64,000 nt of DNA from the IMG/VR virus record IMGVR_UViG_3300044971_004534; one strand, 5' to 3'. Position numbers and translations under genes: made by a program. Every line of letters begins with the position of its first letter. Position 1 is the stretch's first letter. The notes under the pieces were generated by a model, which made no database searches, was not told the DNA's origin, and was given only the letters and a program-made list of their open reading frames with translations. Source of the DNA: a virus. Shown in pieces: positions 1-9,424 of this stretch.

Positions 1-996
1 AAGATATCTCTAAATAATTTTGTATTGCCTTACTTTATTATAAAATCTGCATGCAGAGATTATGGACTATATCCATTTGATATATTTATTAATATTTGCG
101 ATAAGGATATGCCAGACGCAAGTCCTGTGCAATTTAATATTAATCAAGGCATGTCTAGAAAGCAAATCAATTTAACTATACTTAATAAGTATTTTACAAA
201 TTTTAAATCATTACATGGTGTGGATCTAGACGCTTCTGTAGTCGTTAATGGATTAAGTTCTTGCTCTATACTTAGTGATTTGTATTTTAATAATAGTCAA
301 TTTAATATTCCTAATGCTAATACAAATGGTCAAAATTTTCCTTATTATGTAATATCAACTAAAAATATTATATTCCCTTATTATAATATAGATCATTTAG
401 ATTTAAATATTTATTGCCAATCAGACAGCTGCCACGATTTTTCATTTAATGAAAATGAATTAAGTATTGGTATTAAAAATTTAAAAACAGAATTTAGAGA
501 CGCTTTTATACTAATATTGTCTGACTATGTTTTTAGAAACCAAAAGAAAAATTCTTCTGGTTTTATAAAAGAAGCGTTAAACAGTCCAGATATTATGCGC
601 ATGCTTTATCCTTTTACTGTGTCTTATTTTAATGATGATATGATAAAGTCAGATGCTTTTATAGGTCTTTTGCAAATGTACTCGGACACAGTCGCAGGAA
701 AACATTGGTTTGATTCTACTGTTTCTCCAATCAAAACGGCAAGAATGAACATGGATGGCAACTTTTGGATTTATGGATTAATAGAAAAAATGTTAGCACC
801 GGCAAGAGGTCCAGATTTTAGTGTTACTAAAAAATGGGCTCCAATTACTAACATGATTTGGGAAAATATTGAAAGCGCTAGAAAACAGTCTGGTCTTTCT
901 GGTGCTAGCTTAGAGTTTATGCTGAGAGTCAAGGATCATGGATCGTCCGATGACAGTATTGTCATACAGAAAATGATAGAGGAACTAAGGCCATGA
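1..996 (+). CDS. hypothetical protein (5' end probably outside window)
   Basis: Frame 1 is open from base 1, with no stop before the TTG at 25 used by the ORF track. The TGA stop at 994-996 overlaps the next ATG (ATGA). No recognisable motif. Confidence 0.6.
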   Translation, partial: KISLNNFVLPYFIIKSACRDYGLYPFDIFINICDKDMPDASPVQFNINQGMSRKQINLTILNKYFTNFKSLHGVDLDASVVVNGLSSCSILSDLYFNNSQFNIPNANTNGQNFPYYVISTKNIIFPYYNIDHLDLNIYCQSDSCHDFSFNENELSIGIKNLKTEFRDAFILILSDYVFRNQKKNSSGFIKEALNSPDIMRMLYPFTVSYFNDDMIKSDAFIGLLQMYSDTVAGKHWFDSTVSPIKTARMNMDGNFWIYGLIEKMLAPARGPDFSVTKKWAPITNMIWENIESARKQSGLSGASLEFMLRVKDHGSSDDSIVIQKMIEELRP

Positions 997-1181
997 AAAA
1001 AGAAGAGATTGAATTTGAATTAGAAAATTTAAAAAAAATTCTGCAGAAGATGGATACTATTATAAGTTTTAACATTTCTGGAAAATTTATTTTGTCCCAT
1101 GAAAAAATCATAGGGGTTAGACAGATGGTTCTTAATAGCACCTTGAGATTAAAAGATCATTTGGAAAAATCAGATGGCTAA
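993..1181 (+). CDS. hypothetical small protein
   Basis: 62-aa ORF with an ATGA overlap to the upstream gene. Same strand and tight packing. No motif. Confidence 0.45.
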   Translation: MKKEEIEFELENLKKILQKMDTIISFNISGKFILSHEKIIGVRQMVLNSTLRLKDHLEKSDG

Positions 1182-1398
1182 AAATAGAACTTCTGGACCA
1201 GTAGAAGGTTTTGGAGATGCAGGTTTGCCAAAAGCAAATAAAAATTTTTCATATCCATCTTTAGAGCTTAGTGGAATGGATATTAAGATTGATAAAAATA
1301 ACAGAATGGGCAAAAGAAGAATATACCAACTTGGCACATGGATGCCGTGCCAGGAAAATGACGATGAATGCAAAGATGATACAACTGAAAGTAGATAA
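1174..1398 (+). CDS. hypothetical small protein
   Basis: 74-aa ORF whose ATG overlaps the upstream stop by 8 nt. It competes with the longest-ORF start (1271) of the helicase. Confidence 0.35.
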   Translation: MAKNRTSGPVEGFGDAGLPKANKNFSYPSLELSGMDIKIDKNNRMGKRRIYQLGTWMPCQENDDECKDDTTESR

Positions 1399-2875
1399 CG
1401 TTGTTACTTATATAAGTCCACCTTTGTCTGGACAAACCTACGCTGAATTTAAAAAGAAACTTGGATACAAGCCACAAGATTCAGTATGGATGTCTAATGC
1501 AAATCCTCACTGGGATGGCTGGATTACTACAGTTTGTTACGGATCAGGCAAGTGCAGGTGTCCAAACAAAAAATCTGAAATGCATTTTCCAACTGGCTTG
1601 CTTTCTCATGCTCGAGAGTTTTTTGCTTCTAAAGAAATAGAATACGAAATTGTAGATTGTAGAGCACAAATTGATGATTTACGTCCTTTAGATTTAAGCA
1701 ATGCTTATGTTCTTAGAGATTACCAGGAAGAAGCTATATCTAACGCTATTAAAAAGCAAAGAGGCATAATAAAGGCTGCAACTGGTGCTGGTAAAACAGT
1801 AATAGCTGGATCTATCATAGCAAAAGTCGGAGCATTTCCTACATGTTTTTTTGTTACCACTAAAGATCTTTTGCATCAGGCCAAAGAAGAATTAGAAAAA
1901 CTTATACTAGAAAACGGCAAACCTGTAAAGGTCGGGATGGTTGGTGCTGGAAGATGTGAAATAGAAGACATCAATGTTGTCACTGTGCAAACTGCAGTAA
2001 GGGCTTTTGGTTTAAAATATCAGCAGTTTGATGACGAGGAAGATGACGATGGTTCTGAATTTATTGATAAAGATGAATCAAAGCGTCAGGCCATAAAGTC
2101 TTTAATCAATAATTCAAAAATGATTATATGTGATGAAGTTCAGCATTGGGCTGCATCAACATGTCAAATTATTAGTGATCACTGTAAATCTGCTCGCTAC
2201 AGGTATGGTGTTTCTGCTACTCCATGGAGAGACATGGACGATGATTTACTAATTGATGCTTGTTTTGGTAAGATAATTTCAGAGATAAGTGCAAGTAAAT
2301 TAATAGAAAAAAAAGTTTTAGTACCACCTAAAATATATTTTGTTCATATTAAAAATAAATTTGGTGGAACGTATGCAGAAGTTTACAAAAGGGGCATAGT
2401 TGAAAATACTTATAGAAATACTATTATAAAAAATTTAGCTGAGGACATGGTTGCTGATGGTAGGCAGACTCTTATTTTAGTAAGGCATGTTGCCCATGGA
2501 GAAATCCTGCAGGACATGATTCCTAATTCAATATTTTTGCATGGTTCTATTGCAAGTAAAAGTAGGCAGAACGCAATTAATATGATGAAGAAGGGTAAGC
2601 ACAGGTGCATAATAGCCTCATCAATATTTGATGAGGGCGTTGACGTAAGGCCTTTAAGCGCACTTATACTTGCTGGTTCTGGCAAAAGTCAAACTAGAGC
2701 TCTTCAAAGAATAGGAAGGGTAATTAGGTCGTATGAGGGTAAAAATGATGCTATCATTATTGATTTTTTTGATGACATGAAATACATGAGAAAACATAGT
2801 CAGGCAAGAAGAAAAATGTATAAAACTGAACCAAAGTTTGAGATCTCTGACATTGAGATGGATACTAATGGGTAG
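1364..2875 (+). CDS. SF2 DNA helicase (DEVH-box, ResIII/Rad25-like)
   Basis: Motifs: Walker A AATGAGKT, motif II DEVQH, motif III SATP, motif VI QRIGRVIR. Start is uncertain. ATG 1364 lies 8 nt after AGGA. The longest ORF begins at 1271, and other in-frame ATGs are at 1358 and 1376. Confidence 0.8.
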   Translation: MNAKMIQLKVDNVVTYISPPLSGQTYAEFKKKLGYKPQDSVWMSNANPHWDGWITTVCYGSGKCRCPNKKSEMHFPTGLLSHAREFFASKEIEYEIVDCRAQIDDLRPLDLSNAYVLRDYQEEAISNAIKKQRGIIKAATGAGKTVIAGSIIAKVGAFPTCFFVTTKDLLHQAKEELEKLILENGKPVKVGMVGAGRCEIEDINVVTVQTAVRAFGLKYQQFDDEEDDDGSEFIDKDESKRQAIKSLINNSKMIICDEVQHWAASTCQIISDHCKSARYRYGVSATPWRDMDDDLLIDACFGKIISEISASKLIEKKVLVPPKIYFVHIKNKFGGTYAEVYKRGIVENTYRNTIIKNLAEDMVADGRQTLILVRHVAHGEILQDMIPNSIFLHGSIASKSRQNAINMMKKGKHRCIIASSIFDEGVDVRPLSALILAGSGKSQTRALQRIGRVIRSYEGKNDAIIIDFFDDMKYMRKHSQARRKMYKTEPKFEISDIEMDTNG

Positions 2876-3716
2876 GATGAATAAGTTAGCTATAAGCGAC
2901 GCCATCAAGAAGGCAAGAAAAGAAGTAGACGGTGTAACTGTCGAAATAAAAAAAGAAGTTTCTTTTCAAGAAAATTGTGATCTTTTTCCTTCAGAAACTT
3001 TTAAGATTGCTAATGCAGATTGGTTTGACGAAAGAGTAGTTGGTGCTTTTAGGGCAAAAAGCATTGTTGATTGGAACAAGAAAGACTTTCTTGATTTTGT
3101 TAAGCATCTTTATTTTCAAAAATTTGCATGTACTCCGACAATACCGCCAGCACATGGTTATATGTATTTGAATGTAATAGAAGAAATATGCGTAAACAAC
3201 TTTCCAGAGTCTCAAATTAAAATGTTAAAGGCAAGATATATATCTTGGTACTTTGAGAATCAAATACTAAAAGACACTATTAAGTACAGAACTTGGAACA
3301 TTAAAAAGATGGTCCATCCAAAAGTAGTTGCTGCATTTATTATGCATTTTTCAGGCTCTGCATCTGACTCAGTTGATTCTATCAAAAAAAGCAATCGATT
3401 ACCAGTTAATGAAAGTCTTTTAGAGCTTTATTTTAGGGGAGATGCTGCAGAGTTCATTCGTTGTTATGGGGTAATTATTCCATTCGCATTTTTGTTCTAT
3501 TCTAAAAAGTTTTCTTGGGAAGATTCTTTAGAATATGTTGCTGCTGCAATAGCAGATTTGGTTTTAAGTAAAAATATTAAGGATACTGTATTGCGTAAAG
3601 TAACAGAGCAGTATGGTCCTTACAATAGTCGTTTTGACAAAATAGCGCCTGAGCGTTTGTTTGTTGCGTTGACAGACAAAACTGGCGTCAACTTTATAGG
3701 AGTAAAGATAAAATAA
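2868..3716 (+). CDS. hypothetical protein
   Basis: About 283-aa ORF with candidate starts at 2838, 2868 and 2877 around the helicase stop (2875). No recognisable motif. Confidence 0.55.
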   Translation: MGRMNKLAISDAIKKARKEVDGVTVEIKKEVSFQENCDLFPSETFKIANADWFDERVVGAFRAKSIVDWNKKDFLDFVKHLYFQKFACTPTIPPAHGYMYLNVIEEICVNNFPESQIKMLKARYISWYFENQILKDTIKYRTWNIKKMVHPKVVAAFIMHFSGSASDSVDSIKKSNRLPVNESLLELYFRGDAAEFIRCYGVIIPFAFLFYSKKFSWEDSLEYVAAAIADLVLSKNIKDTVLRKVTEQYGPYNSRFDKIAPERLFVALTDKTGVNFIGVKIK

Positions 3717-4210
3717 TGAGTTCCTTAGCTCAAAAGTATCCGGTTAATTTTCACATTCGTGCCTCTTTTGTTCATTTGATTGATGAGTCTGGTAGGTCTT
3801 GCGGTTCTGTTCATATTGATGACGCCCTAAGAAGGGCAAGAGACGCTGGTTTGGATCTAGTGCAGGTTTCTATGGATTCAAATAAGCCAACTTGTAAGAT
3901 CATGGATTTTGGTAAGTTTAAGTATGAACTTTCCAAGCAAAAGCAGTCTTCTACTCATAAAACAAAAGAACTTTTTATTACTGCTCATATTGGAAAGCAC
4001 GACTTAGATACTAAAGTTAACAAGTTGAAGGAATTTGTTTCTAAAAAATACTCTGTTCTTTTTGGAGTTAAATTTAAGACGAAAAAAGAAAAGTCAAATG
4101 TTGAGCCATTAAAGCAGATGATAGTTCAGTGTCTTAGTAATGCTGGAGTCAATGCTGATAATGTTGAATTTCAGTATGCACCTGATAAGATTACAGTGTT
4201 TATAAAATGA
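3716..4210 (+). CDS. infC: translation initiation factor IF3 homologue
   Basis: Resembles bacterial InfC along its full length. N domain: IRASFVHLIDESGRSCGSV..ALRRARDAGLDLVQVS..KPTCKIMDFGKFKYE. This is followed by a Lys-rich linker and a C domain (ELFITAHIGKHDLDTKVNKLKEFV). TAATG junction with the upstream gene. Confidence 0.8.
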   Translation: MSSLAQKYPVNFHIRASFVHLIDESGRSCGSVHIDDALRRARDAGLDLVQVSMDSNKPTCKIMDFGKFKYELSKQKQSSTHKTKELFITAHIGKHDLDTKVNKLKEFVSKKYSVLFGVKFKTKKEKSNVEPLKQMIVQCLSNAGVNADNVEFQYAPDKITVFIK

Positions 4211-4986
4211 GTGAAATTGAAAATACATACAATAAAAAACTTGCAGAATTGCGCCAGAAATGTGGAGTATATCGTCCTGATGAAAAACGATGTCCAGCAG
4301 CAAGATGCATATGTTCTTCTATGGCAGAATGTATGGCCTATCACAGCAGTGTTTTGCCACATGGGTATGTAGATGTAGAAATTTCTTCTTTTAATGGTCA
4401 CGTGAACGGCAATAGAACTGTTGACAATCATGTTGTGGCAACTGCTATCACAAAGGTTATGAGCTATTGCTTTGGTGATCATAAGATCAAGACTGATGCT
4501 TCAAGATATGAGCTATACAAAGCTTCGGTAATGGACGAAAGATTTGCTTCAGGTACTAATTTAGTTATACACGGAGAGAGCAAGTCTGCAAATAAAAACA
4601 AGCTTGGAAAGACTATGCTTGCATCTATTGTTGTAAAAGAAGCAATTTGGAGAAGAATGTTTAAAGACAATAAGGCATATACATATATGTTTAAAAGTTG
4701 TGCTGAGATTATTGATGATATTATATCAAAAAGATCTGTAGATGCCCAAGTGAACTCTTTTAATGCAGATTGGCTTTGTATAGATGATATATTTTTGTCT
4801 AACAGGCAATCTCAGGGTCACATACTGGATCAAATCATGTCAGTACGACTGCGTGAAAATTTGCCTTCTATACTAGTTATTCAGTTTGATCCTTTTAAAA
4901 TTAATAATCCAGAAGAATCACTTGGCAACCATGTGATGAAGATGCTATCCGATAAATCAAATACGTTTGTAGTCTCACTGGGTTAA
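4207..4986 (+). CDS. putative DnaC/DnaI-like helicase loader (AAA+ with atypical P-loop)
   Basis: Interrupted Walker A (HGESKSANKNKLGKTMLA) and Walker B-like WLCIDDIF. Cys-rich N-terminus. Sits immediately upstream of the DnaB-like helicase with an ATGA junction. Confidence 0.45.
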   Translation: MSEIENTYNKKLAELRQKCGVYRPDEKRCPAARCICSSMAECMAYHSSVLPHGYVDVEISSFNGHVNGNRTVDNHVVATAITKVMSYCFGDHKIKTDASRYELYKASVMDERFASGTNLVIHGESKSANKNKLGKTMLASIVVKEAIWRRMFKDNKAYTYMFKSCAEIIDDIISKRSVDAQVNSFNADWLCIDDIFLSNRQSQGHILDQIMSVRLRENLPSILVIQFDPFKINNPEESLGNHVMKMLSDKSNTFVVSLG

Positions 4987-4987
4987 T

Positions 4988-6442
4988 ATGCAACCAGATA
5001 TTGAAAATCCACATGTTAAGCTGCTATTCCTTTTGACTCAGTCAAAAGAGCACGTAGAAGAAGTTTTGTCTCTAGTCCAGGAGCCAAGCAATCTATTTGT
5101 TGAGCCATCTCATCAAGCTATACTAAAAGCTTGTATTTGGGCTAGAGACAAGAATAAGCATTTAACATCAGAGCAATTAGAGTATTTTTGCAGATTTAAT
5201 CTTTCTTATACTCCTCAAAAAACAGCAGTTCTTGTTGCAGAATATTCTGCCATTGAGTCTATAGAGCATGTAAAAAAAGAAGATCTAAACGTACTTATTA
5301 ATGAATGTCAAAATCTTTACTATTATAGATTTTTAAAATTTGAACTTGATAAGATTAAAACTGATAGGTCTCCAGATTTCTTTAAAAAGCTGAATAGCTT
5401 ACACGACAATATAGGAAAGTGCTTATCTACTGGCGTAAGTAACACATTCTCTTTTCATGACACTGTAGAAAATTTTGGATCGTTTGTTGAAGATCTTCAT
5501 CTGAAAGCAAACCAGCCAGAAAAAAGAATTACTTGTGGAATAAAAGAAATTGATGATTGCATGACGGTTGGTTTTAGACCAGGAACTCTTACGTTAACTG
5601 TTGCAGATGTTGGCGGTGGTAAGTCCACTATGATGCTCAACATTGCTTACAATTTATGGAAGAGAAATTGCAATGTGCTTTTCCTGCCATTAGAAATGCC
5701 ATGGGAAGAGATATTCAAAAAGTTTCTTTCTAGAGAAACTCTCATAGAATTTGAAAAGTTTGCAAGACCTGAATTGATGACAGAAAAAGATTGGGAAATA
5801 CTTAGAAAAAGGTCTGACGATCTTGCATCCATGAAGCAAAAGCTTGTTTGGGCTGATGTAAAAAGCAGACCTACTGTTCAAGAGATAAAAAGAGCTATAG
5901 AAAGCAAGATGCATTATTTCAAGCCAGATGTAGTTGTAATTGACTATATTGCCAATATAAAGCCGGATGGAAAAGTTGATAACTGGCTTGCCATTGGCGA
6001 TATACTTAAAGAGCTAAGAGCTTTAGGTAAGCAGTATGGATTCGCTATCCTCAGTGCTGCTCAGATGACAAGAGACGGCATTAAGAAGCTAAAGAGTGAC
6101 AAGGATCAGTCAAAGAGTCCAGGCAGTGAAGACTTGCGTGGAAGTCATGAGTACTCTGCAGACGCAGACAATATTTTTGCTCAATCACCGTCTCCAGATG
6201 AACCTAACAGAAAAATGCTATTATGGTGTATTAAGGCAAGGTATGGTAAAAAAACTTTTGATGGTAAAAATTACGCTATATTAGATTTTTATCCAGAATA
6301 TAGCAAGATAGATAGCTCTACTGCATACTCATTTGATGTAAATGATGAAGAGTTTAAAAAGCAACTAGATGCCATGTCTGGCTTTGCAAAGCCACAAAAT
6401 TCTGATCAGGCCTCAGAAGACGATTATGGATGGATGGCATAA
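4988..6442 (+). CDS. dnaB: replicative DNA helicase, DnaB family
   Basis: RecA-fold motifs VADVGGGKSTMMLN (Walker A), VVVIDYIANI (Walker B) and SAAQMTRDG. The 484-aa size and helical N-terminal domain are typical of DnaB. Confidence 0.85.
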   Translation: MQPDIENPHVKLLFLLTQSKEHVEEVLSLVQEPSNLFVEPSHQAILKACIWARDKNKHLTSEQLEYFCRFNLSYTPQKTAVLVAEYSAIESIEHVKKEDLNVLINECQNLYYYRFLKFELDKIKTDRSPDFFKKLNSLHDNIGKCLSTGVSNTFSFHDTVENFGSFVEDLHLKANQPEKRITCGIKEIDDCMTVGFRPGTLTLTVADVGGGKSTMMLNIAYNLWKRNCNVLFLPLEMPWEEIFKKFLSRETLIEFEKFARPELMTEKDWEILRKRSDDLASMKQKLVWADVKSRPTVQEIKRAIESKMHYFKPDVVVIDYIANIKPDGKVDNWLAIGDILKELRALGKQYGFAILSAAQMTRDGIKKLKSDKDQSKSPGSEDLRGSHEYSADADNIFAQSPSPDEPNRKMLLWCIKARYGKKTFDGKNYAILDFYPEYSKIDSSTAYSFDVNDEEFKKQLDAMSGFAKPQNSDQASEDDYGWMA

Positions 6443-6969
6443 TGCGAGAATACATAGATCAGTTAAAGCGTAAGGTAAGAATAGCTGATGTCTTGAGAGA
6501 AAGGGGCATTCAGCCTTCTAGGTCTCATGCGGGTAAGTTAGTATATAAATGCCCACTGCATAAGGGAGATAATTCTCCTAGTTTTTATGTTTATGAAAAA
6601 GATTCAGGAGATGATTATTTTTGCTACGGCTGCAAAGCTGGGGGCAATGTTGTACATCTTGTAAAGTCATTAAATAACTGTAGCGGCTCTGAGGCAGTTA
6701 AGTCTCTTGGCGAGATAGCAGGAATAGATGTAGATCCTTATTATTTTCAGTATGATATAGATGTATATATTGAAAGTCCAATGTCTGCAGACATGAATGT
6801 TGATGACATATTGTGTAAATCAACTTTGTCTTTTAGAAAATTAAGACAATTAAATGCTATTAAAAATTCTTACGACGTTGATTTAAAATGGCAAAAAATA
6901 GATCATGCTTATTGGGCAAATGATGTGCGTGCCATAAAAGAGAGTTCTTCATGGACCAATGGGAAATAA
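6430..6969 (+). CDS. DnaG-type primase zinc-binding domain protein (stand-alone)
   Basis: CHC2 zinc finger CPLHKGDNSPSFYV...CYGCKAGGNVVHLV. No RNA-polymerase or Toprim motifs in its 179 aa. An alternative start at 6442 gives a TAATG junction with the dnaB stop. Confidence 0.8.
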   Translation: MDGIMREYIDQLKRKVRIADVLRERGIQPSRSHAGKLVYKCPLHKGDNSPSFYVYEKDSGDDYFCYGCKAGGNVVHLVKSLNNCSGSEAVKSLGEIAGIDVDPYYFQYDIDVYIESPMSADMNVDDILCKSTLSFRKLRQLNAIKNSYDVDLKWQKIDHAYWANDVRAIKESSSWTNGK

Positions 6970-7379
6970 GAAATAAAGAAGAAGAATATTCAGTTTCATT
7001 TAACAACTCTCTTGTGGAAAAATGTTTAGGAAAATACACTAGAGTTTGTAAAAAAATGCAAGAAACTGAACCTTTTGCGTCTCAGTGGACTTTACAAACA
7101 AGTTTTTCTGTCGTGCACCCAGTGGGGTCATTTTCATGTGTTTGTAATTTGTACTACAATGGTCAAGTTGTAATCTATGATACTCAAGGTCAGGTAATGC
7201 GTGCTCATAACATTAATGATATTCGCTTTCTTAAAAAAGCTGTTTTGTGGCTTGGCTGGAATTCATTAACAGTCATTCCATCCGAAATAGATAGTAGTAT
7301 AGATTTTTGGAGACGCACTTGGGAAACTGGTCTCATTGATAGCGACTATTTAGAAAAGAAATATAAGAGGAAACAGTAA
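6951..7379 (+). CDS. hypothetical protein
   Basis: 142-aa ORF, same strand, tightly packed. No motif. Confidence 0.5.
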   Translation: MDQWEIRNKEEEYSVSFNNSLVEKCLGKYTRVCKKMQETEPFASQWTLQTSFSVVHPVGSFSCVCNLYYNGQVVIYDTQGQVMRAHNINDIRFLKKAVLWLGWNSLTVIPSEIDSSIDFWRRTWETGLIDSDYLEKKYKRKQ

Positions 7380-7889
7380 ATGGCAATTATCACTCAACAA
7401 GAAAGCTTCTTGCTTAAATTTAAGCAAGAAAATTCTAAAGAAGGCTCTAAGCCTATAGAAGTGTCTGTAACAAAATCTGAAGAACAGTATATAATTGAAT
7501 TGCGTTATGATAAAAAAAGTTCTTTAAAAATTGATCTTGATTCTTTAAAAGAAATTTTGCATTATGTAGATTCTAAAATTAATTTGAATATAAATCATAA
7601 GCAAATAAGCAGAAATATCATTTCTGACACTCGTCTTCATGGGCAGGCTACTGATCACTTAAGGATATCTGGTAATAGCAATGTCTCTTTTGCTGGTCAG
7701 CCTGGACTAAATGGCCCATCCCCTATGGAGGTTGCTGTAACACATGCTCCAGAAGATGTTGCTGGATACGCAGATCTTTTAAAAGATATCAGCAAAAATG
7801 ATATAGATTCAAACAAGAATGGGGTATATAATTCTCAGGCGGATGTTATTTTGTCTAACGCCATAGATATCAGTTCATTGTCAGATTAA
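7380..7889 (+). CDS. hypothetical protein
   Basis: 169-aa ORF that starts directly after the upstream stop. No motif. Confidence 0.5.
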   Translation: MAIITQQESFLLKFKQENSKEGSKPIEVSVTKSEEQYIIELRYDKKSSLKIDLDSLKEILHYVDSKINLNINHKQISRNIISDTRLHGQATDHLRISGNSNVSFAGQPGLNGPSPMEVAVTHAPEDVAGYADLLKDISKNDIDSNKNGVYNSQADVILSNAIDISSLSD

Positions 7890-7893
7890 GTAC

Positions 7894-8142
7894 ATGGAAT
7901 ATAAGTGTAGATTTGAAAGATTGGATAAGATAAAAACAGATGATCTAAAAAAGATCAGCCTGTGTACTGAGTGTCATAGTTTTGATTGTAGTAACCCGAT
8001 ACAGAACGTTACAATAAGCGTTTTTGGTATTAATAAAACTATAAGGGCGTATGTTACTCCTAATAACACCTATGGTGTTCAGGATTGCGAAGGTTTTAGC
8101 TGTCACAGCTCAATAGAGGAAGAAGATGACTCTGAAGATTAA
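7894..8142 (+). CDS. hypothetical small Cys-rich protein
   Basis: 82 aa with CTECHSFDC and DCEGFSCH cysteine/histidine pairs (possible zinc ribbon) and an acidic tail. Confidence 0.45.
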   Translation: MEYKCRFERLDKIKTDDLKKISLCTECHSFDCSNPIQNVTISVFGINKTIRAYVTPNNTYGVQDCEGFSCHSSIEEEDDSED

Positions 8143-9424
8143 CAATTCTAATTTTGTTCACTTGCATAACCATTCTGAATTTAGTGCCTTTGACGGCTTA
8201 AATAAAATGTCAGAGTTTCCCAAGCTTGCCAGAAGTATGGGTTTTAAAGCTTTAGGAATTACAGATCACGGCAACGTTGGTGGATTAATTAAGTTTTTTC
8301 AAGAATGCACAAAGTCAGTTGACAAGAATGGTAACAAGATTGAGTATGATCCAATAAAGCCTATTTTGGGATGTGAATTTTATTTAGCAAAAGATAGATT
8401 TGCAAAAAGCAAAAAGGATCAGCCAGATGGAAGAAAAGGCAACAGACACATTGTTTTGATTGCAAAAAACTGGCAGGGTTTTCAGAATCTTTGTACACTA
8501 TCAGAAAAGAGTTGGACAGAAGGTTTTTATAATGATCCTAGAATAGACTTTGAATTACTTACAAAGCATCATGAGGGTTTAATTTGCAGTACTGCCTGCT
8601 TAAGTTCGGTTGTAAACAATAATTTACTTCACGGCAGATACGATCAAGCAAAAAAAGTTGCAACTATATTAAAAAATATATTTGGAGAAGATTTTTATTT
8701 CGAAGTTATGTATCATGGTCTTGATGCTGAAAGGTATATTATTCCAGATGTATTTAAGTTGGCTGATTCTTTAGGCTCAAAAGTGCTTGCAACAAATGAT
8801 GTGCACTATTCTCACAAAGAAGATGGAGCAAGTCATGAAGTATTAATGTGCATGAGCACTTCACGATGCATACACGATCCTAAGAGATTAAAATTTCCGT
8901 ATCATGAGTTTTATCTTAAGAGCGCTCAAGAGATGGCTGGCATATTTCAAAACCGTCTTGACTCTTTGTATAATACCTTGGAGGTTGCGGACAAAATAGA
9001 TCACAAGGACATATCTAAAAACTTTGGAGGTATGAGGCTTCCTAAATTTCCACTACCAAACAGTTTTTCAGATCCGCATGATTATCTTGAATATATAGCT
9101 TGGGACGGTTTAAAGCAACTTGGATTAGACCACTCGCAAAAGCATATTGATCGGTTGAGACTTGAATTAGACGACGTTAAGATAGCAAAGATGAATAATA
9201 ACTATGATTTTGCTACATACTTTTTAATTGTGCGCGATTATATTCAATATGCAAACACCAAAGGTATATTAACTGGCTGTGGAAGAGGATCTGGCTTTGG
9301 CAGTCTTCTTCTAAAGACTCTTGGAATAACTTACGGGGTAGATCCTATTGAGCATGATTTGTTGTGGGAAAGATTCCTGGGATTTGATACGAAGAGATTT
9401 GTAAGGGAGCAAGACTTTGTCTAA
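8126..9424 (+). CDS. dnaE: DNA polymerase III alpha (DnaE-type), N-terminal fragment: PHP domain plus start of palm
   Basis: PHP motifs FVHLHNHSEFSAFDG and GITDHGNVGG. Also GCGRGSGFGSLLL and LLWERFL, which in cellular DnaE immediately precede the catalytic PDxDxDF. The ORF stops at 9422-9424 before that motif. Confidence 0.85.
   Translation: MTLKINNSNFVHLHNHSEFSAFDGLNKMSEFPKLARSMGFKALGITDHGNVGGLIKFFQECTKSVDKNGNKIEYDPIKPILGCEFYLAKDRFAKSKKDQPDGRKGNRHIVLIAKNWQGFQNLCTLSEKSWTEGFYNDPRIDFELLTKHHEGLICSTACLSSVVNNNLLHGRYDQAKKVATILKNIFGEDFYFEVMYHGLDAERYIIPDVFKLADSLGSKVLATNDVHYSHKEDGASHEVLMCMSTSRCIHDPKRLKFPYHEFYLKSAQEMAGIFQNRLDSLYNTLEVADKIDHKDISKNFGGMRLPKFPLPNSFSDPHDYLEYIAWDGLKQLGLDHSQKHIDRLRLELDDVKIAKMNNNYDFATYFLIVRDYIQYANTKGILTGCGRGSGFGSLLLKTLGITYGVDPIEHDLLWERFLGFDTKRFVREQDFV
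9404..9409 (+). promoter_or_regulatory. Shine-Dalgarno (AGGGAG) for the second dnaE fragment
   Basis: AGGGAG lies 7 nt upstream of the TTG at 9417, inside the last codons of the first dnaE fragment. Confidence 0.5.

Noticed and set aside
1271-1363. Longest-ORF start (1271) for the SF2 helicase
   Set aside because: It would overlap most of the 74-aa upstream ORF and adds a non-conserved-looking leader. ATG 1364 has an AGGA at proper spacing. The start remains uncertain.
9405-9424. Programmed ribosomal frameshift fusing the two dnaE fragments
   Set aside because: The second frame is open for only 4 codons before the TTG, and there is no recognisable slippery heptamer adjacent to the stop. A well-spaced AGGGAG supports independent initiation. 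A frameshift or a sequencing indel is not fully excluded (see finding).
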